From positions 3,680,001-3,744,000 of the forward strand of contig OZ244048.1 of NCBI GenBank assembly GCA_965215265.1: DNA of 64,000 nucleotides, written 5' to 3'. Within the stretch, counting starts at the first letter, position 1. Each line of letters starts with the position of its first letter. This document shows, one piece after another, positions 22,180-33,806 of the stretch. The notes beneath the pieces are model-generated. The model made no database searches. It was not told the DNA's origin and saw only the letters and a program-made list of their open reading frames with translations. The stretch is from Candidatus Poribacteria bacterium. Its GTDB lineage: Bacteria > Poribacteria > WGA-4E > WGA-3G. The position numbers and the translations under genes were made by a program.

Positions 22180-24083
22180 TTATGTATAAAATTTCTGGTT
22201 CAGTGCCTTATCTTCGTCGCTAACACCAAAATCCGCGTCGTCTATTTCGGAGAGGTTGAGATAGAGTTGATTCTTGTCCAGCAACGCCGCCAAGAGTTGC
22301 TGCTGTTTGTCCACATCATTGATGGCGATAAAATCTCGCACCGCGGCTTCAGGGATTTGCGGATTAACATACCAGTTCAAGAATGAGTTTTCTGCGATGT
22401 TTCGCCAGAGTGTGACAAGTTCTTCAGAGGATTGTGCCGCTTGAATCTGTTCCATGAACACTTCGTTGTATGGCATTAACTCACACGACAGGAAAGATGC
22501 TGGTGTTAACCCCTCCTGAGCCATCACTTTCTCAATTCGCTCCTTGCAAATAACGACATGTTCCTCTAATTGCTCAACGAGGATAAATTGCCGCTCTACC
22601 CCCCCCCTTCATATTTGTTAAGTTCTAAGGCAGCATGCCCCGTCGTTCCTGAACCAGCGAAGAAGTCAAGGACAATATCACCCGCATCAGTTGTGAGTTT
22701 CATGATATCTAAAACAGTATATAGAGATTTGGGGTAACTAAACGTCTGCCGCCGATCTAACATTTTTTTTAGCAAACCTGTACCATGATGGTTTGCATCG
22801 TACCGGGCATCAATCCACATGGTTGTTGCTTTATTTTTCTTTCTAACTATTTTTCTATAAATTTTGTGTTCGTTTCCCACTTTTCTCACAATAATTTTTC
22901 CAGCATTTAGTTCCTCTAAAAAGGATTCCTTAACAAGTTTCCAAGTTCTCATCCCATTCTTACCCATAGGTAAAAGTTTGACGAAATCGCTGCCGTTATC
23001 ATCTATTGTAATTTCTTGGGTTATCGGATTGTAAAAAATAGGATAATAAAGGCTAGGGCGGGTCTCCGGGGTTGCATCTTCTCTTGACCGGATAAATGAA
23101 TCCTCTTCTTCCGCTTCATTTATTTCAAAACGGAAATCCTCTTTAACTTTCGTAATGTTTTTGGCATAAAATAACGCGTACTCATGAACGGTTGAGAAAA
23201 AACTGCTTTGCGTTCTACCACGCGGATGATGTCTGATACAAACCGTGCCTATTTTATTCTGTCCACCGAAAACTTCATCCAATAGCACTCCCAGGTAAAA
23301 TAATTCTGTATCATCGATAGCTACCGCTATGATTCCATTTTCGCTTAGTAATTCCTTCGCAACCGCTAATCTGTTTTTCATAAAGGTGAGCCAAGTGGAG
23401 TGATTAAAGGCGTTGTTGTAGGTAAAACTGGCCGCAGAACCGCCTGTATTATACGGTGGATCTATGTAAATCAATTTTATCTTTCCCTGAAACTGTGGCT
23501 TCAAACTATGCAGTACCAATAGGTTATTGCCTTTGATGATAAGGTTTTCCCGGATTGTGCCCTCTTCATCGCGTTTGATGGCGGACACAGGTCCCGTCCC
23601 AGCAGCCGTGTGGCGTTTCCAATTTGTTAGCACCTTCGCATCCAAAAGACGGTTGATTTCATCGTCGGCAAGGGTTTGATTGAAAAAGAGTTCTTTTCGC
23701 TTCTCTTCTTCGTGTGTCTGTCCACCCTCCAGTATACAGTCTTTATACGGCCAAACAAGGGAGACCTCGCCACGCTCGCGCAGGAATTTGTCATCAACGG
23801 TTAATCCGATTCTGTTCCGGAATCTGGTGTAGGAGTTGCCAAAGAAGTTTTTGTCAGAGATGTAGGTAATGAAGGTGTTGTAGTTGAAAACATACCGCCC
23901 GTTGATGTCGTCAAAAAATTTTTCCGCTATTTCCTTATCTGTCATCAACAGAGCAATCAAGCCGTGGTCGAGTTGCCAGGCGTGATTTCTGACGGCGGCA
24001 GGGATGAGTTCCTCGGCATCGTCAACAAAACGCCGGTCGGTTTTGAGGAGGTTAATCAGTTTTTGGTTGAAGTTTGATGGCAT
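22180..24083 (-). CDS. mod: type III R-M methyltransferase Mod copy A, out of frame at a G9 tract (candidate phase-OFF)
   Basis: DPPY and DFFAGSGTT in 22596..24083; C-terminal part in 22180..22527; one extra G gives a 634-aa protein. Confidence 0.85.
22599..22607 (-). repeat. G9 homopolymer tract in mod A
   Basis: Nine C on the + strand, in the same context as mod C (GAA G9 TAGAGCGGCAATTTATC on the coding strand). Confidence 0.9.
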
Positions 24084-24215
24084 AATCGTCTCTTTTTTTG
24101 TTGGGTAAACGGTTGGAGTTCACCTTGCACGATGTGTTTCTATACCATTAAGTATACTCTAAAACAGGATTGGTGTCAAAAATATCAGATCAGAAATGCG
24201 TTTTACTGAAAAAAT

Positions 24216-24258
24216 TGCCTTATCTGCGTCACTGATACCAAAATCCGCATCGTCTATT
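24216..24258 (-). pseudogene. 43-bp relic of a mod 3' end
   Basis: 39/43 identical to 20246-20288; encodes IDDADFGISDADKA. Confidence 0.7.
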
Positions 24259-25363
24259 GCGCCTTCCACATTTGTGCACGCTCGAGGAATACGCCACGAT
24301 CTGCCAGCCACTCTTCATAACCGATATTTCTGTTATCGGTGAGGTAGTTAATTTTCTCATCAATGCAGGCGGCCAGCTCAGCATCTTCCAAGGCAAATGA
24401 AAAGCCGCCGTGTTCTACTTCTTCATCAAGAGCGGTGACAACGAATTTGCCACCTGAAGCATGCGCTAATTCAAGGTTACCGAGCCTGCTGCGTGCGATT
24501 GCATCGATGTCACCAGCCCTGAGTGCTTCTAGCCGTTCGGATGCACTAAGGTAGATGATTTGAGGCATGTTTTCTGTTGGTGGATAGAGGCGGGTCCGTG
24601 TTACAAGATTGGGTGAAACCGCACCAGCGGTGATTTTGTACGCTGGTGTTCCGTCAGCAACGAGAGTCGCTTGCGGTGTCTCAATTCGTGTGCCCGCGGC
24701 GAGAGTACCTTCTTCATTGGCGAGCCCTGTGAGTACAAGGAGCCGGGCTTCGCTCGTAGTGCCAGGCAGCGTGGCGATGCGCATGTCTTGAGTCAAATCT
24801 GCATGGGTAGCGATGCGTTTGGCATCTTCGGCAGCTACGAGGAGCGATTGCTGGAAAGTGATATGCCCAGAGGTAAAAATGATGCGTCGTGTGCCGGTTG
24901 CATCGCGCGTCCGGGAGTCAAGGATTGTAATGCCGCCACTAATCAGGTCGTATTCGGGTTCTGTTGACTTCAGCCAGATGTCGGGCCATTCGGGGATTGC
25001 ATGGCGTGAAAACGAAAGTCCGGTTCCTTCCATTGCTTCAAGCGCGGTTAGCAGGTCTGCCTCATACCCCTGATGTGTATTGAATCCATCTGAGTTCGGG
25101 TCTGGGTCTGCACTGTAGCTTATTGGTTCAAAAAAGGGGAAGAAGCCCACATTTAGCACGCGCATGCCATCTGTGCAAGCATGCCGGGTTGTTCCATTTT
25201 CAGGCGTAACCGTCTGTTGCATTTTCTCACAAGCTGCAAAGAGGAAGAGAGTGCTCAAAAGTGCATAGAACGCGATACCTTTCGAGGCTTGGCTTCCGGC
25301 AAGATGCAAAAGGCGAAGTGCCGTGCTTCTGTTTTGTGGTAGCATGCTGAAAAATTTATACAT
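24254..25363 (-). CDS. family 3 substrate-binding lipoprotein
   Basis: Lipobox LFAAC, GYEADLL..., GGITILDSR and EALRAGDIDA, typical of the SBP_bac_3 fold. Confidence 0.75.
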   Translation of the reverse strand: MYKFFSMLPQNRSTALRLLHLAGSQASKGIAFYALLSTLFLFAACEKMQQTVTPENGTTRHACTDGMRVLNVGFFPFFEPISYSADPDPNSDGFNTHQGYEADLLTALEAMEGTGLSFSRHAIPEWPDIWLKSTEPEYDLISGGITILDSRTRDATGTRRIIFTSGHITFQQSLLVAAEDAKRIATHADLTQDMRIATLPGTTSEARLLVLTGLANEEGTLAAGTRIETPQATLVADGTPAYKITAGAVSPNLVTRTRLYPPTENMPQIIYLSASERLEALRAGDIDAIARSRLGNLELAHASGGKFVVTALDEEVEHGGFSFALEDAELAACIDEKINYLTDNRNIGYEEWLADRGVFLERAQMWKAQ

Positions 25364-25659
25364 TATGGTAATCCTCGGGTTTGATTTGGTTTGACAATTT
25401 TGTATTTTATCTCACCGGGTTTAATGTAGCCTAATCGTTTTCGAGCGAGACGTTGTTTCGTGAGCTCATCGGTTTTTAGCAATTCAATGTGGTGCTTAAG
25501 CAGGTCGCGTTCCGCTTCAAGTTTCTTGAGTTCAGCTAAATAGGATTGCTCAGCAAGCTGAGCTGTCTGCCAATCGCGGTAGCCGTTTAAGAATTGCTTG
25601 ATACTAGCGCCTAGTAAGGCAAGAGCAATAATAAAAAAAAGGAAACGGACAATGCGCAT
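25363..25659 (-). CDS. septum formation initiator (FtsB/DivIC family)
   Basis: N-terminal TM, coiled coil and ARKRLGYIKPGE; directly downstream of eno. Confidence 0.85.
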   Translation of the reverse strand: MRIVRFLFFIIALALLGASIKQFLNGYRDWQTAQLAEQSYLAELKKLEAERDLLKHHIELLKTDELTKQRLARKRLGYIKPGEIKYKIVKPNQTRGLP

Positions 25660-25732
25660 AAAGCGCTCCTTTCAAACGTGTTTATAGAGATAGCGATGGG
25701 CGGCTTTGCTGGATTACCGCCCGGATAGCCTG

Positions 25733-27064
<1,332 letters not shown>

Positions 27065-27258
27065 TTAGAGAAATCTACGGGTTGGTTATATAACTTTTAC
27101 GAAACACTTCGAGAAACGCAGACCATTCGAGAGGTTAGTCATTTCTAAAGAATGCCGTTCATCACACGTCCCATCAACATTTATTTGGTGAAGGTACCTC
27201 CGACGAGATAATTACAAGTCGGTTCATCTGAGATTCACCGTATCGCTTTAATCAAAAA

Positions 27259-27951
27259 CTATTCCTCAATAACCACCTCAGCGAGCATATAAGCGGAGAC
27301 TAAAAAGACAAGACTGTATCCAACTAATAAATTTAGCCAAAAACTGCCTACCAAACCTCCGGTTACCAATAGTGCGACGGTGCATTTCGCACCGCCCATA
27401 ATAATCGGAATAACAAGAGGTAGTAGTATAACAGAGAGGAGGCTTTCACCGCCACTAGTAGTCGTTGACATGGCCGAAAGCAGTACGCCGACTGCACAAA
27501 AACCGAGGGTGCCGATGCTCAGTACACCCAGCAACTTTATCAGCACATTCACCGTCACCACATCTAACAGGTCTAAAAATTGGAGGGCAATCGGTGTAAT
27601 GACAAGTTCTAATAGGAATAAAAAAATGAGGTTACTGATAACTTTAGAGAGGTAGAAATTACTCGCATCGACCCCGGTCAGCCGGATACCGTGCAAAGCC
27701 CCGTTCTTCCGCTCTATTGAAAAAGACCTATTTAAGCTAATAATTCCTGCAAAAACAAATGCTGCCCAGAGAACGCTGGCGGTTAACTTGCCGCGGTCTG
27801 TTTTTTCTGGGAAAATCGGGCCAAACGCAAAAGCAAAGATAAGAACAACCAGCAAACTAAAGATAAAGATAAGAGCCAAAGTCTCTTTTGAGCGGAATTG
27901 AAGTGCCAGATCTTTGCGAATCAGCCAATTAATTTGACGGAGTGCCTTCAT
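27259..27951 (-). CDS. ccmB: heme exporter membrane protein CcmB
   Basis: About 6 TM segments, KDL..R, RSF..E..NG.L and LLSVILLPL; downstream of ccmA. Confidence 0.85.
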   Translation of the reverse strand: MKALRQINWLIRKDLALQFRSKETLALIFIFSLLVVLIFAFAFGPIFPEKTDRGKLTASVLWAAFVFAGIISLNRSFSIERKNGALHGIRLTGVDASNFYLSKVISNLIFLFLLELVITPIALQFLDLLDVVTVNVLIKLLGVLSIGTLGFCAVGVLLSAMSTTTSGGESLLSVILLPLVIPIIMGGAKCTVALLVTGGLVGSFWLNLLVGYSLVFLVSAYMLAEVVIEE

Positions 27952-27988
27952 TTGAGATTCTTAATTCTAATTTTCCTCACTGACCCCG

Positions 27989-28687
27989 CTATATCACTCG
28001 CGATTCGTACTGCTGCACTAGATTGTCTACCTCAATTTGATTTTTGCTCGCGACATTTTCAAGTTCGCCATTTATCATAAAGAGGAAACGTGTGCCGGCA
28101 ACGTATCCCAGCTCCGTATTGTGCGTGGTGATGACGATGCCTCTACCATTCTGTCTTTCTTGTTCGATACGTTGGAGGACAAACTGCTTAGCGTTCGTAT
28201 CGAGTCCCGAAAAAGGTTCATCAAATAGAAGCACTGACGGTTTATGTAGCAAGGCTTTGGCTATCATAAAGCGCTGCGTCATGCCGCGCGAGAAAATCTG
28301 GATCGGTTCATGGATAAAGCGGCTCAGCCCGACTTCAGCAAGGAGCATTGTGCAGTGCTGCTCCAGCATTTCAACTCCGTACATGCGTCCGAAAAACTGC
28401 AGATTCTGATGCGGAGTGAATTCAGGGTATGCTAGGGAGTCGTGTATGACGACGCCCAAGTGTCTGCGAATAGAAATCGTATCTACTAAGGCATCAGTGC
28501 CTTCAATTTCCAGATGTCCGGATGTTGGCTGGAGGAGCGTGGCGAGGATTTTAATCAAGGTGGTTTTGCCGGCACCGTTGGGACCGAAAATCGTCACCAC
28601 TTCGCCAGCGTCAACCGCAATGTCTACGTCTTTGACAATCGTGCGGTGTCCGAAGGTTTTTGTAATGCCGGATGCACGGAGACGCAT
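27989..28687 (-). CDS. ccmA: heme ABC exporter ATP-binding protein CcmA
   Basis: GPNGAGKTT, FSRGMTQR and LLFDEPFSGLD; adjacent to ccmB. Confidence 0.85.
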   Translation of the reverse strand: MRLRASGITKTFGHRTIVKDVDIAVDAGEVVTIFGPNGAGKTTLIKILATLLQPTSGHLEIEGTDALVDTISIRRHLGVVIHDSLAYPEFTPHQNLQFFGRMYGVEMLEQHCTMLLAEVGLSRFIHEPIQIFSRGMTQRFMIAKALLHKPSVLLFDEPFSGLDTNAKQFVLQRIEQERQNGRGIVITTHNTELGYVAGTRFLFMINGELENVASKNQIEVDNLVQQYESRVI

Positions 28688-28854
28688 GAAGAATTCGCGA
28701 CATCAAATGCGCGCCTATGTCAAGGTAGATAAGCACGTTATCTGACCTGATAGATAAAGGCAAGATTTTTGTATCAACCGGAAACAGACTCCCTCAGTCG
28801 ATGGGCCGCAGCGCTCAGCGGGGTTGTCTCCGGTGGATACAAACGGATGTTTTG

Positions 28855-29754
28855 CTACATCATTTCCCGAATAATCGCATCGCCTTGTTCTTTAGTGATA
28901 CCGAGGGGCTGATGTGCCATAGGACCATTTTGCAACACAGGTTCCATCTCATCCAAGGCATCGCGGCTGGTATCTTGATAAAACAGTCCAATAGGAATCT
29001 CATCACCCCATTTGACTGCCTGTTCGAGTGCGGCGGTTTTATCAGCCGGATCGTGATCTTCAAGTTCCTTCACACGAGGTTTGAAGAAATCAAAGGTATT
29101 GTCCTTATTGAAAGTGACGCACGGACTGAACACGTCAACAAGAGCGAACCCTTTGTGCGTCATGCCGTTATACATCAATTCTGCCAAATCTTTCGGCTTC
29201 CCGCTAAACCCTCTGGCGACGTATGTAGCCCCGGTAATAATCGCCATGGCGATAGGATTCAGGGGTGCCTCTATATTGCCGAAAGGTGTACTCTTGGTTT
29301 TCATTCCCATCATACTGGTTGGCGATGTCTGTCCGATGGTTAGCCCATAAATCTGATTGTTCATGACGATGTAGAGCAGATCTATATTTTTGCGCATTGT
29401 GTGCACAAAATGGTTCCCGCCGATGCCGTATCCATCACCGTCGCCGCCAGTGACAACGACGTTCATTTGATGATTGGCAAGTTTTGCGCCAGTTGCTACA
29501 GCGAGTGCTCTACCGTGTAGCGTATGCATGCCGTAAGTCCGAACGTAACCGGGGAGGTTAGAGGAGCATCCGATGCCGCTCACGGTTAAGTATTCGTGAT
29601 TGCCACGTCCGAGTTCTGCATAAGCGATTTGTAGGGCCCTGAGGACCCCGTAATCGCCGCACTGGGCGCACCAATCCGGCCGGGTATCACTCGCAAAGTC
29701 TTTCGCTGTGGGAGCACCGAGCACAGGTCTTTCTTTTTTCGCCATCTGATTCAT
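28855..29754 (-). CDS. 2-oxoacid:ferredoxin oxidoreductase beta subunit
   Basis: WCAQCGD, SGIGCSS, GGDGDGYGIGG TPP-binding motif and SPCVTFN. Confidence 0.95.
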   Translation of the reverse strand: MNQMAKKERPVLGAPTAKDFASDTRPDWCAQCGDYGVLRALQIAYAELGRGNHEYLTVSGIGCSSNLPGYVRTYGMHTLHGRALAVATGAKLANHQMNVVVTGGDGDGYGIGGNHFVHTMRKNIDLLYIVMNNQIYGLTIGQTSPTSMMGMKTKSTPFGNIEAPLNPIAMAIITGATYVARGFSGKPKDLAELMYNGMTHKGFALVDVFSPCVTFNKDNTFDFFKPRVKELEDHDPADKTAALEQAVKWGDEIPIGLFYQDTSRDALDEMEPVLQNGPMAHQPLGITKEQGDAIIREMM

Positions 29755-29763
29755 CCTCCTTTA

Positions 29764-31545
29764 TTAGACAACAATTTCTTGGTAGGGGACGTAAAGGTCC
29801 GTCTTGCCACTTAAGATTTGTTTTGCCCCGTCAACGATATGATGCGGCATAAACGGTTCGCCATCGTATTTACGGATCTGTCCAGCGGCTTTAAAGCCAG
29901 TTTCGCCGCGCAAGAAACGCGCGAATTGACCGGTATAGTTACACTCGATAATGATGGCATGTGCTGCTTTGTCAAGTACTGCATTGACGATGTCTTCGTC
30001 GATTGGGTAGAGCCATTTGAAGTGGATATGGTTAGTCGGTGTGCCTTGTGCTGTTAGCAGTGCTGCGGCTTCGCTAATGACACTGTGCGTTGAGCCCCAC
30101 CCGATTAGTGTAATTTCTGCGTCTTCCGCTCCTTCCAAGGTCGGAGGAGGGAGAAGTTCGATGATACCATCCATTTTCCGCTGCCGTTTCTCCATGATGT
30201 CGCGTCTCTTGTGTGGATCGGTGAATTCATCACTAATCAATCCGCCGGCTTCATCGTGGTCATCGGTGGCAACGACGTGGACGTGGTCCGGCGTGCCCGG
30301 AATTGCACGCGGCGAGACACCGCTGTCAGTAATCAGAAACCGCAGATATTCGCCATCTGTTTGTCCAGGGTCTGTTATGAGTTCGCCACGATTGATTTCG
30401 GGTTGCCAATTAATCGAATTTGGATCAAATGTAGTAAAGCCCATCGAGAGTGTCAGATCAGAGAGAACCATGCCTGGGCACTGGAACTTATCGACTAAGT
30501 TAAAGAGTTCGGGGATAGTATCAAACCCATCCATGATGCCGGTCGGCGCGACGATAATCTTGGGAAAATCGCCTTGGCTGGCACCGAGGATTTGCCACAG
30601 ATCGCCTTGTTCAGTTTTAGTCGGTAAGCCGGTAGAGGGACCGCCGCGTTGGACATTAATGACGACCATCGGAATTTCCATCATCCCAGCACTGCCGATG
30701 GCTTCTGTCATGAGCGCGAACCCACCGCCAGAGGTTGCACACATCGCACGACACCCTGCATGGGCTGCACCGATAACCATGTTGACGACGCTGATCTCGT
30801 CTTCGCATTGCCGCACCATGATGCTTAAGTCACGTGCGTGATTTGCCATCCAGTGTAAAACACCCGTGGAAGGGCTCATCGGATAAGCACAGTAAAATTT
30901 CACCCCAGCTGCAGCACCGCCCATTGCCATTGCTGAATTACCGTCAACGAACGCCAGCGCAGGTTCCTGTTTTTCAAACTGCTGTTCAAACGTGGTGAAG
31001 TTTTCCGCTGCATAATTGTATCCTGCACGTGCAACACTAATATTGGCATCAACCATTGCTTGTCCCTTACGGAGGAACGTGCGGGTAATGATGTCCTCAA
31101 GTATCTGTAAATCCCCACCCACCATATTCAAGGCGACACCGAAGGTACAGATATTCAGCATCAGTTTTTTTCGATCGGTGTTGTTGGACAATTCTTTGTA
31201 AGAGATGGGACACAACTGGATGTCGTCTCTTTCCGGTTCTGCTTTAACGTCATCGCTGTTGTAAATAATTGCACCGCCGGGGGCGACATGGGGAAGGTGT
31301 TTCTCTAAACTGTTCCGGTCGAGTGCGATCATCAGATCGATCCTGTCACCATGGTTGGCAACCGGCTCGGAACTGATCCGGACGGTGAGGAAAGTATGCC
31401 CGCCGCGGATGAGAGATTGGTAGGCGCTATAAGTGAAGACATGAAGGCCGTGCCGAGCACAGATTTGACTCATACTTTTGCCAACAGTATCTATGCCTTG
31501 CCCGGGTGCCCCTCCTACAGCAATTACAAAATCGTACTTTGCCAT
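29764..31545 (-). CDS. 2-oxoacid:ferredoxin oxidoreductase alpha subunit (gamma-alpha fusion)
   Basis: GGAPGQG, AYPMSPS, QCEDEI, ATSGGGFALMTE and QRGGPSTGLPT. Confidence 0.95.
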   Translation of the reverse strand: MAKYDFVIAVGGAPGQGIDTVGKSMSQICARHGLHVFTYSAYQSLIRGGHTFLTVRISSEPVANHGDRIDLMIALDRNSLEKHLPHVAPGGAIIYNSDDVKAEPERDDIQLCPISYKELSNNTDRKKLMLNICTFGVALNMVGGDLQILEDIITRTFLRKGQAMVDANISVARAGYNYAAENFTTFEQQFEKQEPALAFVDGNSAMAMGGAAAGVKFYCAYPMSPSTGVLHWMANHARDLSIMVRQCEDEISVVNMVIGAAHAGCRAMCATSGGGFALMTEAIGSAGMMEIPMVVINVQRGGPSTGLPTKTEQGDLWQILGASQGDFPKIIVAPTGIMDGFDTIPELFNLVDKFQCPGMVLSDLTLSMGFTTFDPNSINWQPEINRGELITDPGQTDGEYLRFLITDSGVSPRAIPGTPDHVHVVATDDHDEAGGLISDEFTDPHKRRDIMEKRQRKMDGIIELLPPPTLEGAEDAEITLIGWGSTHSVISEAAALLTAQGTPTNHIHFKWLYPIDEDIVNAVLDKAAHAIIIECNYTGQFARFLRGETGFKAAGQIRKYDGEPFMPHHIVDGAKQILSGKTDLYVPYQEIVV

Positions 31546-31848
31546 CTTGGCTCCTTTTGATTTTAAAGCGCGATGAGGAAATCGCGCTTACCATTCTTGA
31601 TATGCGTGGGTCCCAAACACGCATACATGCTTCTACCGGGAACAAATAAGCAAGTTACGTTTGTTTGTTAAATTCCCGATTTCTTCATAGGTGTACCACC
31701 TGCAATAATTCAACTTTTATTAATTATACCACATTTGAAGCGCGTTTTCAAATTTTTTTACCACTGTGCAGAAACCTACGGTTTTTGAAGAGAAGTCTGT
31801 TCAAAATTCTATAGTAACCCTCAGAACAAGTTTGCAGCATTTCCGGCA

Positions 31849-32460
31849 TTACGTCAGCAAGGTTTTGAGTGCATGCTGTGCCTCTGGGGTGCCAATCCTT
31901 TCTAAGGCGAAAACCACGTGATGCTGGACGCGCTCGGAGTCATCCTCAAATGCCTCTGCAATTGCAGGCACTGCAGCAGCGGCAGCTTCGCCAAGGTTCG
32001 CGAGTGCATAGGCAGCATAGGTACGAACTTCTTCGAAAGGGTCACGGAGTGCTTGTATAAGCACCGGAAGCGCGTCTATCGCGGGGGTTCCCATACTGCT
32101 AAACGCACGTATTGCATATTCGCGAACTTCTTCATCTATATCAGTCAAGGCCTCTGTGAGAGTTGGAATCGCAGGTGTTCCAATCCGGGACAGCGTAGAA
32201 CTGATACAGAGCGCATGGTGTCGTTCAGCGGTTTCTAACGTTTCCATGAGCAGTGGAACCGCGGGTTTTCCAATGCTGGCTAAGATATCTGATACCTGGT
32301 CCGAAACCTCCCACAAATTCTCTGCAAGTGCATCAATAAGTTCTGGAATTGCGGGTTCTCCAATGGCAGTAATTTCCGCTTTGGCGGCATCGCGAACGTC
32401 GTCATCTATATCCGATAATTGCACGATTAAATCACTAACCGTGTAGTTGTCTTTATTCAT
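31849..32460 (-). CDS. HEAT/PBS-lyase repeat protein
   Basis: Repeated IG.PA(I/V)P.L..AL.D...VR units. Confidence 0.85.
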   Translation of the reverse strand: MNKDNYTVSDLIVQLSDIDDDVRDAAKAEITAIGEPAIPELIDALAENLWEVSDQVSDILASIGKPAVPLLMETLETAERHHALCISSTLSRIGTPAIPTLTEALTDIDEEVREYAIRAFSSMGTPAIDALPVLIQALRDPFEEVRTYAAYALANLGEAAAAAVPAIAEAFEDDSERVQHHVVFALERIGTPEAQHALKTLLT

Positions 32461-32490
32461 TTTTCTTCGAAGATGGAAATGTTGCTGACG

Positions 32491-33786
32491 TTAATTATCT
32501 ATACCTCTCTCTTTGTACTGTGTCAGGATTTCGGTGAGAGATTCCGTTTGTTCTCTACGGAGTCGCTGGTAGACGCGTTCCGAGATCTGTTCTTTCCCAT
32601 GCATTTCATCAAGATGAGAGATGCACTCAAGCCTTGCGGTCCGGGCATGCTCCAAATCGGCATCGCTGAGTTTTCGGAGCCAGCCGATGTCAGACTTTAA
32701 AACATCGGGTTGCGTTTCTGACTTGCCAGTGGTGCGGTTTGCATAGCGGAGTTTGAAAATCGCCGCAACCAAAAAACCACCACTCAATGCAGCAGCCACC
32801 GCAATCAAGACCATTTGAGCCAAATTGGAACCCAAATTGGATGCACCTCCTATGGCGTCTATTTTCAATTTTAAGTTCCCCCGTTCTCCCGCTGAAAAAC
32901 CTTCTCCCGGCTGAGTTTTGTAAATGTTATAAATCACATTGTGAATCGCTTCGCGTCGTTCAAGTCTAAATTGCTTTGCGATTGGACTTAAATTTAATCC
33001 CTCCGGGACAAAAATGTAGACGAGCTCTGTGTCAAAATGGAAGGCACGAGATAAATCAAGTCCAGATTCATCAACATGCAAAACGTAGGAGTAGCCAAAT
33101 TCTGTTATACCCGACGGTAATGGCTCGCTAAGCGTGAGCTGCTGCGTAGTCGTGTTCAACAACAGTTCATGCCCTGTGCGAGCCTCGAAGCCTTCATGCT
33201 GATTCGGGAGTCCAAGATGTAAACCAACAGACTGGTTGTCATGCCGGATTTGAAACGACAAATCGCTTCTGTTTTCAATTTGGAGTACCTCCATGAGGGA
33301 GACTGCTCCATCCGGCGCGTGTCCTTCAGGCGCAGGACCAATCACAAGGGTATGCACCTTAATCCGAATTTTTGTCCTATCATCAGTAACAGCACCGATG
33401 GAAATGTCGATTGAGAGATTTGGTACCCAACTGGACAAAACCAGGTCTTTTTCTGTATAGTCGCTACCTTCGTAGGTTGTCGCGACAGTGTAATGGACGG
33501 TCGGATCCAGAGCTAAGTTATCAAACCGGTAGTTTCCATTTTCATCTGTTGCGGTTTCTTGCTCTTCAACGCCATCGGTTTTATGAACGCGGAGGGTTAC
33601 GGGATGTGCTGCCAGGGGTTTGTCCTGTTTTTTGTCTGTCAACTGTCCATGAATTGAACCAACTTCTGCTTCAACAGAGGTGGTACTCCCCAAACAGATT
33701 AGAATCGTGAGTATCGTTACCCAGCAATGCCATTTAGCGAAAAAATTAGGGCTTTGTGTTCGGATTAAATCTAAGGTATTAAACAT
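32491..33786 (-). CDS. exported protein with a carboxypeptidase-regulatory-like Ig domain and a C-terminal TM, in the ccm operon
   Basis: Signal peptide, GSIHGQL..TATDENGNYRFDNL, TM near residues 325-345 and a CcmI-like tail. Confidence 0.6.
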   Translation of the reverse strand: MFNTLDLIRTQSPNFFAKWHCWVTILTILICLGSTTSVEAEVGSIHGQLTDKKQDKPLAAHPVTLRVHKTDGVEEQETATDENGNYRFDNLALDPTVHYTVATTYEGSDYTEKDLVLSSWVPNLSIDISIGAVTDDRTKIRIKVHTLVIGPAPEGHAPDGAVSLMEVLQIENRSDLSFQIRHDNQSVGLHLGLPNQHEGFEARTGHELLLNTTTQQLTLSEPLPSGITEFGYSYVLHVDESGLDLSRAFHFDTELVYIFVPEGLNLSPIAKQFRLERREAIHNVIYNIYKTQPGEGFSAGERGNLKLKIDAIGGASNLGSNLAQMVLIAVAAALSGGFLVAAIFKLRYANRTTGKSETQPDVLKSDIGWLRKLSDADLEHARTARLECISHLDEMHGKEQISERVYQRLRREQTESLTEILTQYKERGIDN

Positions 33787-33806
33787 ATTTATTGTTATTA
33801 ATAGGC

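Noticed and set aside
28773-28848. Long imperfect hairpin downstream of the OFOR beta gene, considered as SRP RNA or another ncRNA
   Set aside because: It lacks the SRP core motif and is adequately explained as a terminator or 3' UTR structure.
30017-30841. Long opposite-strand ORFs (e.g. 30017..30841, 13012..13758, 45945..46586)
   Set aside because: They are antisense shadows of well-supported genes, with no recognisable motifs.
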